A stretch of 36,972 nucleotides of DNA from Vermiphilus sp. GTDB taxonomy: Bacteria > Ratteibacteria > UBA8468 > B48-G9 > JAFGKM01. A program made the translations under genes and the position numbers. The stretch covers positions 1-36,972 of the forward strand of contig DYKC01000001.1 in assembly GCA_020722825.1 (NCBI GenBank). The letters run 5' to 3'. Positions 16,957 to 25,365 of this stretch are shown here, in pieces. Each line of letters begins with the position of its first letter. Position 1 is the stretch's first letter. The notes under the pieces were generated by a model. It saw nothing but the letters and a program-made list of their open reading frames with translations, was not told the DNA's origin and did not search any database.

Positions 16957-17532
16957 ATGCAAAAATTCATACTGCAGGTACTATTATTTTTTTTCCTGTT
17001 TCTAACGGCACCGGCATTCTCCGAGGTCTTTGAAGGCAGGATATCCCCTGCCAACAACGGTGATTACAAGGAGCAAATCCTGCCCTGTCTTAAATCTGCA
17101 AAAAAATCCATCTACATAATTATGTTCCTTGCAAGTTATTATCCTCAGTATCCCGATAGTCCTGTAAACCTTTTCATAAGGGAGATGATAAATGCAAAAA
17201 GAAGAGGAGTGAATGTTGAGGTTATTCTCAACCAGTCGGACAGCGATTATTCTTCACATTCCACAACGGAAAATCTAAAAACAGGTGCATATCTGGCAAA
17301 CAATGGTATTACCGTATATTTTGATTCACCAAAAAAGACTACGCACGCAAAACTCCTGATAATTGACGAAAGGTTTCTGGTAATCGGGAGTGCCAACTGG
17401 TCTTATTCAGCAATGGCAAAAAACAACGAAACCTCTGTTATAATTGACTCACCGGAACTGGCAAGGTCATACATAAAATACTTTGAAAAAATAAAAAAGG
17501 AATGCCGTCCCTTTCTCTCTCCACTTCAATAA
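16957..17532 (+). CDS. Secreted single-HKD phospholipase D superfamily protein (Nuc-like)
   Basis: Signal peptide ILQVLLFFFLFLTAPAFSE and one HKD motif, HAKLLIIDERFLVIGSANWS. The 191-aa size fits dimeric Nuc-type members. Confidence 0.8.
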   Translation: MQKFILQVLLFFFLFLTAPAFSEVFEGRISPANNGDYKEQILPCLKSAKKSIYIIMFLASYYPQYPDSPVNLFIREMINAKRRGVNVEVILNQSDSDYSSHSTTENLKTGAYLANNGITVYFDSPKKTTHAKLLIIDERFLVIGSANWSYSAMAKNNETSVIIDSPELARSYIKYFEKIKKECRPFLSPLQ

Positions 17533-17580
17533 TTGAATAAGAGGGATAAAAGGGAAATTTGTAGACAAAAAGGGAGTTTG

Positions 17581-17589
17581 TGATAAAAT
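17581..17589 (+). promoter_or_regulatory. Candidate extended -10 promoter element (TGATAAAAT) for the membrane-protein gene
   Basis: TG-n-TAAAAT at 17581-17589. The -35 is only weak (TTGTAG about 19 nt upstream). This predicts a leader of about 110 nt. Confidence 0.3.
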
Positions 17590-17632
17590 TATTGGTGCGG
17601 TAAAAAACAGTGGATTTGGAGAAACCTGTATT

Positions 17633-17722
17633 TAAGGAGGCCTAATAGAAAATCCCCCCACCTTTTTTCAAATGGGGGAGAGGGGGATTTGGGAGACAAC
17701 AAAAAATGTCTACTCAACAAAA
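17633..17722 (+). repeat. Leader module R3, copy A (5' UTR plus the first 5-6 codons of the membrane-protein gene)
   Basis: Homologous to the minus strand of 21187-21286. There is a 17-nt exact match, AAAAATGTCTACTCAAC, across the start codon. AGGGGGATTT is shared as an exact 10-mer, and AGGAG..TAA(A)TAG.AAATCC is also shared. The C-tract can pair with either of two G-tracts: 17650-17658 with 17682-17690, or 17655-17660 with 17673-17678. Confidence 0.7.
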
Positions 17723-19622
17723 CAGTGGCTTTCGTCTGCGGGCTATTGTTCTCGGAATTATTTTGTCCTTCTGTATAGGAGCCGGAAACGTATACAACCT
17801 TATGGTTCTTCAGGGTTCTTATATGGCTCTGGATTTTACCACCCCTGCGGCAATCTTCTTCATATTCTGGTTGACTCTCTATAACTACTTTGCAAGAAAG
17901 TACTTTCAGAAAGGTTCATTCTCTTCTCCGGAACTTATCCTTATATACATAATGATGATTGTATCCTGTTCAATACCCACCATGGGATTGAACCTCTATC
18001 TCATCCCGCTTATAGCAGGTACAAAATATTATGCCACGCCTCAGAACCAGTGGGACAATCTCATTCTCCCGCACATAAAAAAATGGACTGTAGTACAGGA
18101 CAGTAATGCCGTAAGATGGTTTTTTGAGGGTATACCCAAAGGGGAATCAATACCATGGAAGGCCTGGATAACCCCTCTTTTTTCATGGACACTGCTTATT
18201 CTTGCAGTATTCCTTGTAATGATATTCCTTATGGTTATCCTCAGAAAACAATGGGTGGAGAGTGAAAAACTGAACTATCCTATGACGAAAACACCCCTTG
18301 CACTTATTGATGCAAATGAAAACGGTATATTCAAAAACCGGGTTTTCTGGCTCGGTTTCCTCATACCTTTTACCATCGGCTGTATCAATGCTTTACACTT
18401 TTATCAGCCACTCTTTCCAGGAATAAACCTGGTGACAGGCGTTCCTATATTCAGAAGAACAATCAGTCTACAGTTCCGGATAAGTTTTCCAATGATAGGA
18501 TTTGCCTACTTTATCAACCTTCCCCTTGCCTTCAGTCTGTGGTTTTTCTGTCTTTTTAATAGCTTCCAGCAAGGTGTATTTAACATAATGGGTTATGGAA
18601 TTGCCGAGTTTCTCCCTTATAGCCAAGACAGACCACTTCTCGGATGGCAGTCTTTCGGGGCACTACTGGTCATCGTATTGTACGGTTTTTATATCTCAAG
18701 GAAGAACCTTGCTGGAGTGGTAAGAAAAGCACTGAAGAAAGAAGATGCCCTGTTCGATGAAAATGAAATCGTTTCTTACGGTATTGCCTTCTGGGGTACA
18801 ATCGTATCCCTTCTTTTTATATTTGCATGGCTCATCATAAGCGGACTGTCTCCACTGCCCGCTGTCCTTTTTATCTTTTTTGCATTTGTACTGTTCATCG
18901 GCATAACAAGGGTTGTTGCCGAGGGAGGCCTTGCGGCTACACGTGCGCCTGTCATATCCCCGGTTGCAACGACTTCTCTTCTGGGGGCTGAAAGAATAGG
19001 TCCTTCGGGACTATGCGCCCTGGGGCTTACTTTTGTTTATGCCTCGGATGTAAGAACGTTCGTTATGGCTTCGGTTGCCAATGGACTGAAAATGCTTGAG
19101 GATATCAAAAGAAACAAGAGGATAATTTTCTGGGCAATAATACTATCCATCGTTGTAACATTTTTTTCATCTGTATGGGCAACACTGCTTCTTGGATACA
19201 GGTATGGAGCGATAAATGCCAACTCGTGGTTCTTTGTTGGCGGACCCCAGTATCCATGGAGATATGTGGCAGAAAAAATAAAACAGCCCTCGGGGATTGA
19301 TTCTATTTACATCATTTTTACCGGTATAGGAGCAGTGGTTGCCATTCTTTTACAGGTAATGCATACACGATTTCTGTGGTTTCCGTTCCACCCGCTGGGA
19401 TTTGCCTTCTCAACCATAATGATGACAAATGCCCTCTGGTTTTCAATATTTATAGCATGGCTGATAAAAACTATGATACTGCGTTACGGTGGAGCCAAGG
19501 TTTACGAGAAGGGAAAGTTTTTCTTCATCGGTCTGATAATTGGACAGTTTGTGGTCAACGGCATATGGCTTATTATTGATTTCTTTGCTGGCAAAACCGG
19601 CAATATGCTCTACTGGGCATAA
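17706..19622 (+). CDS. Polytopic inner-membrane protein of unknown function (about 12-14 predicted TM helices)
   Basis: 638-aa ORF with hydrophobic segments throughout and no recognisable catalytic or transporter signature. SD-like GGGAG lies upstream of the ATG. Confidence 0.75.
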   Translation: MSTQQNSGFRLRAIVLGIILSFCIGAGNVYNLMVLQGSYMALDFTTPAAIFFIFWLTLYNYFARKYFQKGSFSSPELILIYIMMIVSCSIPTMGLNLYLIPLIAGTKYYATPQNQWDNLILPHIKKWTVVQDSNAVRWFFEGIPKGESIPWKAWITPLFSWTLLILAVFLVMIFLMVILRKQWVESEKLNYPMTKTPLALIDANENGIFKNRVFWLGFLIPFTIGCINALHFYQPLFPGINLVTGVPIFRRTISLQFRISFPMIGFAYFINLPLAFSLWFFCLFNSFQQGVFNIMGYGIAEFLPYSQDRPLLGWQSFGALLVIVLYGFYISRKNLAGVVRKALKKEDALFDENEIVSYGIAFWGTIVSLLFIFAWLIISGLSPLPAVLFIFFAFVLFIGITRVVAEGGLAATRAPVISPVATTSLLGAERIGPSGLCALGLTFVYASDVRTFVMASVANGLKMLEDIKRNKRIIFWAIILSIVVTFFSSVWATLLLGYRYGAINANSWFFVGGPQYPWRYVAEKIKQPSGIDSIYIIFTGIGAVVAILLQVMHTRFLWFPFHPLGFAFSTIMMTNALWFSIFIAWLIKTMILRYGGAKVYEKGKFFFIGLIIGQFVVNGIWLIIDFFAGKTGNMLYWA

Positions 19623-19626
19623 TAGA

Positions 19627-21204
19627 TTATTGATTACGGTTAACGTTAATCTTATAAAGTTTATATTCAACACTGTCAATCAGCGCCTTCCACGACGCCT
19701 CTATAATATTCTCGGAGACGCCAATGGTTCCCCAGGTTTCATCCTCATCCGTCGTTTCTATGACAACTCTTGTCACAGCAGCCGTCGCCTCTTCGGGATG
19801 CAGTATCCTGACCCTGTAATCGGTCAGTTTCATAGTTTCTATCTCAGGATAGAATTTTACCAGTGCCTTTCTAAGTGCATTGTCAAGTGCATTGACCGGA
19901 CCGTTGCCCTCACTTGCGGTATGTTCAACAAGTTTATCAACCCTGATTTTAACCGTTGCCTCCGAAATAACCCTTCCACCCCGTTTTTCCACGATAACCC
20001 TGAAGCCTTCCACTGTAAAAAGTTTCCTGTATTGGCCGAGGGTTTTCCTTACTATAATGTCAAAGGAACCTTCAGCGGATTCAAACTGATACCCCTCATT
20101 CTCAAGAGTCGTAACTTTATCAAGAATTTTCTTTATGCTCTCAGGATCCTTATCAAGGTTGTAGTTTTTCGCCTTCTGCAGTATGGTACTTTTGCCTGAA
20201 AGTTCAGACAGTAAAATCCTTCGCTTATTACCAACCTTTGCAGGGTCAATATGTTCATAGGTTACAGGATTCTTACTCACAGCATCAACGTGGATTCCTC
20301 CTTTGTGTGCAAAGGCACTCATACCTACAAACGGCTGTGAATTAGGAGGAATCATATTGGCAGTTTCATATATAAAACGGGAGATCTCTTTGAGTTTAAC
20401 AAGGTTTTTATCATCCACACACCTGTAACCCATCTTCAGTTGCAGTACAGGTATTATAACGGAAAGGTCTGCATTGCCACATCTTTCCCCTATTCCATTC
20501 ATAGTTCCTTGAACATGCATAACTCCTGCCCTAACTGCTGTTATGGAATTGGAAACACCTACTCCGGAATCATTATGGGCATGTATCCCGAGCGGGACAT
20601 GGACGTGAGCGAAAACCTCCTTTATTATCTCCTCTATCTCAAAAGGCAAGGAACCGCCATTGGTATCACAGAGAACCAGCTTATCCGCCCCAGCGGACTC
20701 AGCAACTGTAAGTGTTTTCAAGGCATATTCAGGATTCTTTTTATAGCCGTCAAAGAAATGTTCTGCATCATAAAATACTATCCTGCCATGTTTTTTTAGA
20801 AACTTTATGGAATCCTCAATCAGGTTCAGATTTTCTGCCTCTGTAATCCTAAGGACATCCTGAACATGCAGGTCCCACGACTTACCGAATATAATGATGT
20901 ATTCAGTACCACTCTCAAGAAGTTTTTTCAGAAACGGGTCTTTGTCTGCAGAAAAATTCTTTCTTCGGGTACTTCCAAAGGCCACTATTTTTATGTTCTT
21001 GAATTTTCTGTTTTTAACCTGTGCAAAGAACGAGATATCCTTGGGGTTTGAGCCTGGCCAACCACCTTCAACAAAGTCAATACCGAACTCATCCAGTTTC
21101 TCTGCTATCTTAATCTTATCCTTTATGGTAAAGGAAATAGACTCACCTTGAGAACCATCACGCAGGGTCGTATCATATATCTCAACTTTTCGTTGAGTAG
21201 ACAT
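19627..21204 (-). CDS. cimA: (R)-citramalate synthase-type member of the 2-isopropylmalate synthase family
   Basis: The ATG at 21204 ([21 protein letters not shown]) follows GAGGAGAAGG. The HMGL-like barrel has [12 protein letters not shown], and a C-terminal LeuA-dimer regulatory domain is present. N-terminus and length match the long CimA/LeuA-related subgroup. The TTG at 21249 in the ORF track is unlikely to be the start. Confidence 0.8.
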   Translation of the reverse strand: MSTQRKVEIYDTTLRDGSQGESISFTIKDKIKIAEKLDEFGIDFVEGGWPGSNPKDISFFAQVKNRKFKNIKIVAFGSTRRKNFSADKDPFLKKLLESGTEYIIIFGKSWDLHVQDVLRITEAENLNLIEDSIKFLKKHGRIVFYDAEHFFDGYKKNPEYALKTLTVAESAGADKLVLCDTNGGSLPFEIEEIIKEVFAHVHVPLGIHAHNDSGVGVSNSITAVRAGVMHVQGTMNGIGERCGNADLSVIIPVLQLKMGYRCVDDKNLVKLKEISRFIYETANMIPPNSQPFVGMSAFAHKGGIHVDAVSKNPVTYEHIDPAKVGNKRRILLSELSGKSTILQKAKNYNLDKDPESIKKILDKVTTLENEGYQFESAEGSFDIIVRKTLGQYRKLFTVEGFRVIVEKRGGRVISEATVKIRVDKLVEHTASEGNGPVNALDNALRKALVKFYPEIETMKLTDYRVRILHPEEATAAVTRVVIETTDEDETWGTIGVSENIIEASWKALIDSVEYKLYKINVNRNQ

Positions 21205-21286
21205 TTTTACCCTTCTCCTCAAATCCCCCTTAAATTCCCCCTTTGTCAAAGGAGGAGCCAGGAGGATTTCCTATTTATGTCTCCTG
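21187..21286 (-). repeat. Leader module R3, copy B (5' UTR plus the first codons of cimA)
   Basis: See copy A. In the minus-strand RNA, aaatcctcc (21269-21261) pairs with gggggattt (21229-21221) with one G-U. An inner 13-nt palindrome, CCTTTGtCAAAGG, lies at 21240-21252. Confidence 0.7.
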
Positions 21287-21296
21287 TATCTTTTAA

Positions 21297-21325
21297 ATTC
21301 TACTCCCGGCAGTTTCTTTTGTCAA
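21297..21325 (-). promoter_or_regulatory. Candidate sigma70-type promoter for cimA (TTGACA, 17-nt spacer, TAGAAT)
   Basis: On the minus strand, -35 TTGACA is at 21325-21320, followed by a 17-nt spacer and -10 TAGAAT at 21302-21297. The predicted transcript start near 21290 coincides with the start of leader module R3. Confidence 0.5.
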
Positions 21326-21347
21326 AATTACCAAAATGAGGTACTAT
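21319..21347 (+). promoter_or_regulatory. Candidate promoter for nfeD (TTGTCA, 17-nt spacer, TACTAT); its -35 overlaps the cimA -35 on the opposite strand
   Basis: -35 TTGTCA at 21319-21324 and -10 TACTAT at 21342-21347. Confidence 0.35.
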
Positions 21348-21375
21348 TATAAGAGACTCATTTAGTGGAAAAAAA

Positions 21376-22671
21376 ATGAAAAGGGTACTTCTGTACGGTT
21401 TTTTATTTCTACTTCTTGGAGCAGTATTGTCAGAGGCAAAACAGAATACTGGATATACATTAAAGATAGACGGTGCCATAGGACCGGTTACCTATTACCA
21501 GGTAAAAAACATACTAACGCTCGCAAGGAAGAATGATGCAGACTTTGTACTGTTTATAATAGATACTCCAGGAGGTTTACTCTCTTCTACGAGAAAAATA
21601 GTGCAGGAGATACTCGCGTCAGATATTCCTGTCATCGGATATGTTCATCCAAAAGGCTCTCAGTGTGCCTCTGCCGGTGTATTTATTGCTCTTTCCTGTC
21701 ATATTATTGCTATGTCCCCCGCCACCAATATCGGTGCAGCCCATCCGGTAAATCTCGGGGGCAAGCAGGATGAAACGATGGAAGAAAAGGTTATAAATGA
21801 CACAGTTAGTTTTATAAAAAGCATTGCACGCCACCGTGGGAGGAATATAAAATGGGCGGAAAGGGCTGTACGGGAAAGCATCTCTTCAACTGAAACCGAA
21901 GCACTGAAAGAAAAGGTTATAGACATAATAGCAAACGATACCAATGAACTTTTAAACGCAATAGACGGAAAAACCATAAAAATCAATGATACCGAAAAGA
22001 TATTAAACACAAAAGATGCACGGCTATTAACATCCAGAGAGAGTTTCAAAGAAAAGGTCTTAAAAATCATCGCAAATCCAAATATTGCCTATATACTGCT
22101 GATGCTCGGCACACTGGGCATGCTTTTGGAACTGTACAATCCTGGACTTGGAATCCCTGGCATTGTAGGTACGGTTTCTCTTATCCTGGCGTTTTTTGCT
22201 CTGCATACCCTGTCCATAAACGTCTCTGGTTTACTGCTTATTGCAGTAAGTTTTGTTTTTTTCGCCATAGAAGCAGTAACCCCTTCTTTCGGCTTATTCA
22301 TCATTTCAGGGATAATAACTCTTATGCTCGGTTCATTCTTTCTTTTCCGTCCAGTGTCTGATCTTAACATGCCCAAAACTCTGATAGCCGGAGTTGTAAC
22401 TACTGTAGGTGCTATACTCTGGCTCGCCGCATGGTTTACGTGGAGAACAAAAAGACAAAAAGTCACAACAGGCAAGGAAGGAATGCTTGAAGAAAAAGCA
22501 AGGGTTATCAAACCGTTAACACCTGAAGGGACTGTTTTCATCCAGGGGGAATACTGGAAGGCACGCAGTGAAACAGGAGAAGTCCCCAGAGACGCAATAG
22601 TAGTTGTAAAAGGATACGACGGCTTCACCCTGATAGTAGAGAAAGATGTCAAGGAAAAAAACAATGGATAG
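21376..22671 (+). CDS. NfeD-family membrane-bound ClpP-class serine protease (long form)
   Basis: Signal peptide, then a ClpP-like domain (IIDTPGGLLSSTRKI ... CASAGVFIALSCH), a central block of about 4 TM helices, and a C-terminal OB-fold (GTVFIQGEYWKARSE). Confidence 0.85.
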   Translation: MKRVLLYGFLFLLLGAVLSEAKQNTGYTLKIDGAIGPVTYYQVKNILTLARKNDADFVLFIIDTPGGLLSSTRKIVQEILASDIPVIGYVHPKGSQCASAGVFIALSCHIIAMSPATNIGAAHPVNLGGKQDETMEEKVINDTVSFIKSIARHRGRNIKWAERAVRESISSTETEALKEKVIDIIANDTNELLNAIDGKTIKINDTEKILNTKDARLLTSRESFKEKVLKIIANPNIAYILLMLGTLGMLLELYNPGLGIPGIVGTVSLILAFFALHTLSINVSGLLLIAVSFVFFAIEAVTPSFGLFIISGIITLMLGSFFLFRPVSDLNMPKTLIAGVVTTVGAILWLAAWFTWRTKRQKVTTGKEGMLEEKARVIKPLTPEGTVFIQGEYWKARSETGEVPRDAIVVVKGYDGFTLIVEKDVKEKNNG

Positions 22672-23299
22672 GAATATCTATGAGTCTGATGTCTGGAGAA
22701 TATTCAGAATAATGGCTGAGTTTGTGGAGGGATTTGATACCCTTGAAAAGACAAAAAATGCAGTAACCGTCTGGGGTTCGGCAAGGGTCAAAGAAAATGA
22801 TGAGTGGTATAAAAAAGCCGTTGAAACAGGAAAGATTCTTGCGGAAAAAGGCTATACGGTTATAACCGGCGGAGGACCCGGCATTATGGAGGCAGCCAAC
22901 AGAGGTGCATCTCTTGCAAATGGAGACTCCATAGGTATAAACATTGAACTGCCTCATGAACAAAAACCCAATCCATACATTAAGACCCTCATATCCTGCA
23001 GGTATTTTTTCACAAGAAAGGTTATGTTTGTCAAGTATGCAAAAGGATTCATCATCTTCCCCGGAGGGTTCGGTACACTTGATGAGTTCACAGAGACAAT
23101 AACGCTTATCCAGACAGAGCGGATACATAAATTCCCGGTGGTTCTTGTCGGCAGCGACTACTGGAAAGGACTTGCTGAATGGATAGAGAAAAACGCGCTC
23201 GGCAGAAATTACATAGACAGTGAAGATATGAAGATTTTCTGCATAGTTGACGAACCTGAAGATACGGTGCGGTGTATAGAAGAGTTCTACAAGAAATAA
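22646..23299 (+). CDS. LOG-family (TIGR00730) Rossmann-fold nucleotide-binding protein
   Basis: Motifs GGGPGIMEAANRGA and PGGFGTLDEFTE. The start is either ATG 22646 or ATG 22664, and both overlap the nfeD 3' end. Confidence 0.88.
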   Translation: MSRKKTMDRNIYESDVWRIFRIMAEFVEGFDTLEKTKNAVTVWGSARVKENDEWYKKAVETGKILAEKGYTVITGGGPGIMEAANRGASLANGDSIGINIELPHEQKPNPYIKTLISCRYFFTRKVMFVKYAKGFIIFPGGFGTLDEFTETITLIQTERIHKFPVVLVGSDYWKGLAEWIEKNALGRNYIDSEDMKIFCIVDEPEDTVRCIEEFYKK

Positions 23300-23320
23300 C
23301 TCGCCCCTCATCCTAGGGGA

Positions 23321-24667
23321 CTACGGTGAGGGAAAATAAGAGGTGAATTCGGAGAGGTAGCGCTCGGCAATTTCTCTGTTTTTACCTTCTACGTAAAGCC
23401 TGATAACAGGTTCGGTACCTGACGGGCGTATATGTATCCATCCGTTCTTTCTTATTATCTTCACACCATCCTCAAGATTAACGTTTTCCTCTGCAGAATA
23501 CCTTCTTTTTATATCTTCCAGCATTATATTTTTTTGCTCTTCTGAAATCCTTATTTTCCTCTTCAGAATGAAATACTTTGGCATCTGTCCTATCAATTCG
23601 GAAACTTTTTTACCTGTCCTGGCAAGATATTCCAGTATAAGTGCCATTCCCACAAAACTGTCTCTGCCGTAGTGAACTGCAGGGAATATAACTCCTCCAT
23701 TACCCTCTCCTCCTATAATGGAACCGTTCTCTCGCATCTTCTCTATAACATTAATCTCACCTATCTTTGTCCTGCAAACATCAATCCCAAAACCTTTTGC
23801 AATCTCTTCCACAAGGGCAGTGGTAGAAAGGTTAACGACAATCGGCTTGTTACTCCCTTCCCTTTCAAGGATATTTTTTATGGATAGAACAAGCGTCAGT
23901 TCTTCCCCGGGTATCATCCCATTCTCACAGACAAAAGCGAGCCGGTCGCAGTCAGGGTCCTGGGCAAACCCCGCATCCGCTTTTTCTTCAACAACCTTAC
24001 CTGCTAAATCTTTAAGGTTTTCAGGAACAGGCTCGGGGTTATGGGAAAAAAATCCTGCAGGTTCTTTGTTCATAACAATTACATCACACCCCATCTCCTT
24101 CAAAAACCTCTCTGTAAAGAAAGAACCTACCCCTTGGCAAACATCAACAACAACCCTGAATCTTCTTTTCCTGATTCTTTCAAGGTCTACTGTACGATAT
24201 ATGGCGTTGAAATATTGTTCCGTATAGTCTGCAGAAGAAATGAACCCTGGTGTTTTTGAGACGATAAAGAACCTTTTATGGTAGACATCAAGAAGTTTTT
24301 TGCCCTCATCAGCATTAAGCACCGCTCCTTTATCTGAAAAGAATTTTATTCCGTTATAGTCCTGAGGATTATGACTGGCTGTAATAACAACACCTGAAGA
24401 CGGCTCTATCTTTTCTATGATGTATCCAATTTCAGGGGTTGGAGCAATACCGAGGTCAACAACATCCTTGCCTGTACAGAGCAGACCTGTTATCATTGAA
24501 TTCTTCAGAGAATCCCCGCTCACTCTTGTATCCCTGCATACAAAAACCCTTTTTGTCTTAACGTAACTTCCGAAAGCAACGCCGAATGTAAATACAACAT
24601 CGGAGGTCAACGTCTCCGGATATATTCCTCTTATCCCTGAAACACTTACCTGTAGTCTGTTCTCCAT
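23321..24667 (-). CDS. Phosphohexomutase (phosphoglucosamine mutase / phosphomannomutase family)
   Basis: Active-site loop ITASHNPQDYNGIKF, metal loop FAQDPDCDRL and sugar loop GGEGNGG, in 448 aa. GlmM versus PMM/PGM specificity cannot be decided by eye. Confidence 0.85.
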   Translation of the reverse strand: MENRLQVSVSGIRGIYPETLTSDVVFTFGVAFGSYVKTKRVFVCRDTRVSGDSLKNSMITGLLCTGKDVVDLGIAPTPEIGYIIEKIEPSSGVVITASHNPQDYNGIKFFSDKGAVLNADEGKKLLDVYHKRFFIVSKTPGFISSADYTEQYFNAIYRTVDLERIRKRRFRVVVDVCQGVGSFFTERFLKEMGCDVIVMNKEPAGFFSHNPEPVPENLKDLAGKVVEEKADAGFAQDPDCDRLAFVCENGMIPGEELTLVLSIKNILEREGSNKPIVVNLSTTALVEEIAKGFGIDVCRTKIGEINVIEKMRENGSIIGGEGNGGVIFPAVHYGRDSFVGMALILEYLARTGKKVSELIGQMPKYFILKRKIRISEEQKNIMLEDIKRRYSAEENVNLEDGVKIIRKNGWIHIRPSGTEPVIRLYVEGKNREIAERYLSEFTSYFPSP

Positions 24668-24670
24668 TTT

Positions 24671-25363
24671 TTAGTTTGTGCCACTTAATGGTATGAGACA
24701 GTTTTCCAGCCCTTTTTTTTCTATATCTTCAAGGGTGTAACTCTCATCTATTTTATAATCACCCACCCTTGTTCTTTTCAAAGCAGTCTGAGTACCGCCG
24801 CATCCCAATTGTTCTCCGATATCCCTGCATAATGCTCTTATATAGGTTCCCTTTGAACATACCACCCGAAAATCCATGTAAGGAATTTCCACATTCAATA
24901 TTTCTATTTCCTTAATAAAAACTTTTTTGGGAGAGGGAGTAACATCCATCCCCTGCCTGTAAAGTTTGTAAAGCGGCTTACCTTTATGCTTAATCGCTGA
25001 TACCACAGGTGGTACCTGCTCAATCGTACCGATAAAATTCGCAACAACCTTTTCTATGTCAACCTCTCTCACATTAACGGGTTTTTCCTCAATTACCATC
25101 CCGTCAATATCATCCGTATCCGTTCTTACCCCGAGCAGCAACCTTGCTATGTATTCCTTCTCCATCTTCATAAAAACAGAACTGTGTCTTGTTGCATTTC
25201 CCAGACATACAATCAGCAATCCCGATGCAAGCGGGTCAAGAGTCCCTGCATGGCCTATCTTTTCCCTTAAACGGAAGGTTCTTTTAAAAAATCTTATTAC
25301 ATCGTATGATGTAATACCACTGGGCTTATTTACAATTATTACCCCGTTCATACCCCTCTCCAA
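24671..25363 (-). CDS. truB: tRNA pseudouridine(55) synthase
   Basis: GHAGTLDPLASGLL catalytic-Asp motif and KPSGITSYDV. An alternative start is the ATG at 25351 (MNGVIIV). Confidence 0.9.
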   Translation of the reverse strand: MERGMNGVIIVNKPSGITSYDVIRFFKRTFRLREKIGHAGTLDPLASGLLIVCLGNATRHSSVFMKMEKEYIARLLLGVRTDTDDIDGMVIEEKPVNVREVDIEKVVANFIGTIEQVPPVVSAIKHKGKPLYKLYRQGMDVTPSPKKVFIKEIEILNVEIPYMDFRVVCSKGTYIRALCRDIGEQLGCGGTQTALKRTRVGDYKIDESYTLEDIEKKGLENCLIPLSGTN

Positions 25364-25365
25364 AT

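Noticed and set aside
21277-21339. 20-codon ORF (MSPVSFKFYSRQFLLSKLPK) in the cimA-nfeD divergent region as a leader peptide
   Set aside because: It has no SD, is not enriched for regulatory Ile/Leu/Val codons, and overlaps both predicted promoters.
22646-23299. Annotating the TIGR00730 protein as a lysine decarboxylase
   Set aside because: That historical label for this family is known to be unsupported. Only the LOG/Rossmann-fold family assignment is justified from sequence.
22649-23311. 220-aa ORF on the minus strand spanning the whole LOG gene
   Set aside because: The plus-strand frame carries the LOG-family motifs (GGGPGIMEAANRGA and PGGFGTLDE). The antisense product is Cys/Phe-rich with no recognisable features, so it is a typical shadow ORF.
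23304-23332. Hairpins between the convergent LOG and phosphohexomutase genes (CCCCT..AGGGG and CCCTCA..TGAGGG) as a bidirectional terminator
   Set aside because: The stems are only 5-6 bp, neither strand has a flanking U-tract, and the 3' arm lies inside the mutase coding sequence.
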